Part shown: positions 62,906-64,000 of the stretch, in pieces | How the letters are laid out: each line of letters begins with the position of its first letter | How positions within the stretch are numbered: the first letter of the stretch is position 1 | NCBI RefSeq assembly: GCF_032191835.1 | Contig: NC_083242.1 | Location: forward strand, 23,622,001-23,686,000 | Reading direction: 5' to 3' | From: Heteronotia binoei | Lineage: Eukaryota | Length of the DNA: 64,000 bases | Notes under the pieces: generated by a model | What the model was told of the DNA's origin: nothing | Seen by the model: only the letters and a program-made list of their open reading frames with translations | The model's database searches: none | Program-made: the position numbers and the translations under genes

Positions 62906-64000
62906 CTCTGCACCCCAAAGGAATCTCACACTGTAGGTTTTCTATAGACTGATTTCTCTGCCATTCATTTGGGCAGCTTAGTATGAAGCATAAAAATAGT
63001 TCCTTTGAGACAGCCTTCCCTGCCTGAGCGGATGGGAAATTGCCTGTGTGTTATTTATAGGCAAGCTGTCCCCTTGGCCATTCACAGGTGGTGATAGCTA
63101 TCCTTCAAGACCACCTGAACCTCCGGGTGTTTAGAATCTAGGATGGGTCTTAAAGGCCATCTAGTCCAGCCTCCTCCTCAGTGAAAGGAATCCAAACCCA
63201 AAAGATCTCTGGCAGGTAACTGACCGGCCTCTGTGCAGGAAAGGGGTCATGTGAAATTTCCTAACAGCAAGGACAGTTCAGTGCTGGAACGAGTTACCTA
63301 CAGAAACTGGGAGTTCTCCACAAGGAGAGCACCCCAGCCTTTGCAGGAAACTCATTCCGCCATCAAACTGTCCTTACAGCTAGGAAGCTTCACATGTCTC
63401 GTCTTCTGCTTCCTCATCTCCCTGGATTCCCTCCCCCACCCAGTCTTCTCTTTAAAAAAAAAAATCAGTTTCATTCCTTGCAAAAGTCCTGTGGGAGAGC
63501 AGAGATAACTCCATTCCTTTCCTCGAGTCAGGAGAAGATGATGTTTTCTTGCCCTTCAGGTCTGTGGGAGAAGGCAGTAGAAAGAGGCAGTGCTGGTGTC
63601 CCCTGAAAAAGCCTGGCCCTGGCACCACTTCAATCCTTCATGGAGAACTTGTGTGTGTGCATGGGGCTGGGGAGGGGTTTCCTCTGAGTCACCTGGTGGG
63701 ACTCACTCAGGAGGGACCACTTCTGAAGTTCTGTGTACTGAGGGGAAGAGAGAGGTTGGTGGAGACCACACACTTCGACTTGGGTAGGTAATCCAGCCAC
63801 TTCTGGGCAATGTCAGGCACAGCCATTGCATCAACAAAATAAAAATTGAGAATCTCAGTTCTGTGGTCTGTGTTTCAGTGGCATGTGAACATGCCAACCA
63901 AAGCAATCTGCCTGTGACATCATTTTGTATTTTGTCAAAATGAGGGCCAAAGCTTGGCCCTGGGTTTATGGAATTCCCTGTTGTATACCAGGATTTGACT

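Overview
Vertebrate genomic DNA, most likely a squamate and probably a gecko; this is inferred from repeat content (Sauria and 5S-Sauria SINEs, Squam3-like SINEs, CR1, L2, Penelope, RTE-X, many hAT MITEs). Four genes were reconstructed exon by exon. CRYM (minus, 8 coding exons, 18510->3896, 316 aa) is complete. UQCRC2 (plus, 14 exons, 23612->43905, 457 aa) is complete. PDZD9 (minus, ~53972->45608, ~402 aa model) has well-supported PDZ and C-terminal exons but an atypical, less certain N-terminus. Only the first coding exon of MOSMO (plus, 56326-56431) is in the window. The arrangement is CRYM<- ->UQCRC2-> <-PDZD9<- ->MOSMO, with CpG-island promoters at ~18.3-18.9, ~23.4-23.9 and ~55.8-56.6 kb, and a 138-N gap at 18164-18301. 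Most interesting observations: (1) a PDZD9 start exon encoding an Arg/Pro-rich 11-aa repeat with five PKA-type sites and two competing splice donors, giving either full-length PDZD9 or a short PDZ-less basic protein; (2) two apparently locally templated insertions, each with an 11-13 bp flanking duplication, bracketing a coding exon; (3) a hAT MITE 10 nt from the CRYM exon 4 acceptor; (4) a higher-order minisatellite made of the CR1 3' tail. No CRISPR array, true tRNA gene or rRNA gene was found. Family names and comparisons to human, mouse and chicken come from recall, not database searches. Many repeat boundaries are approximate.
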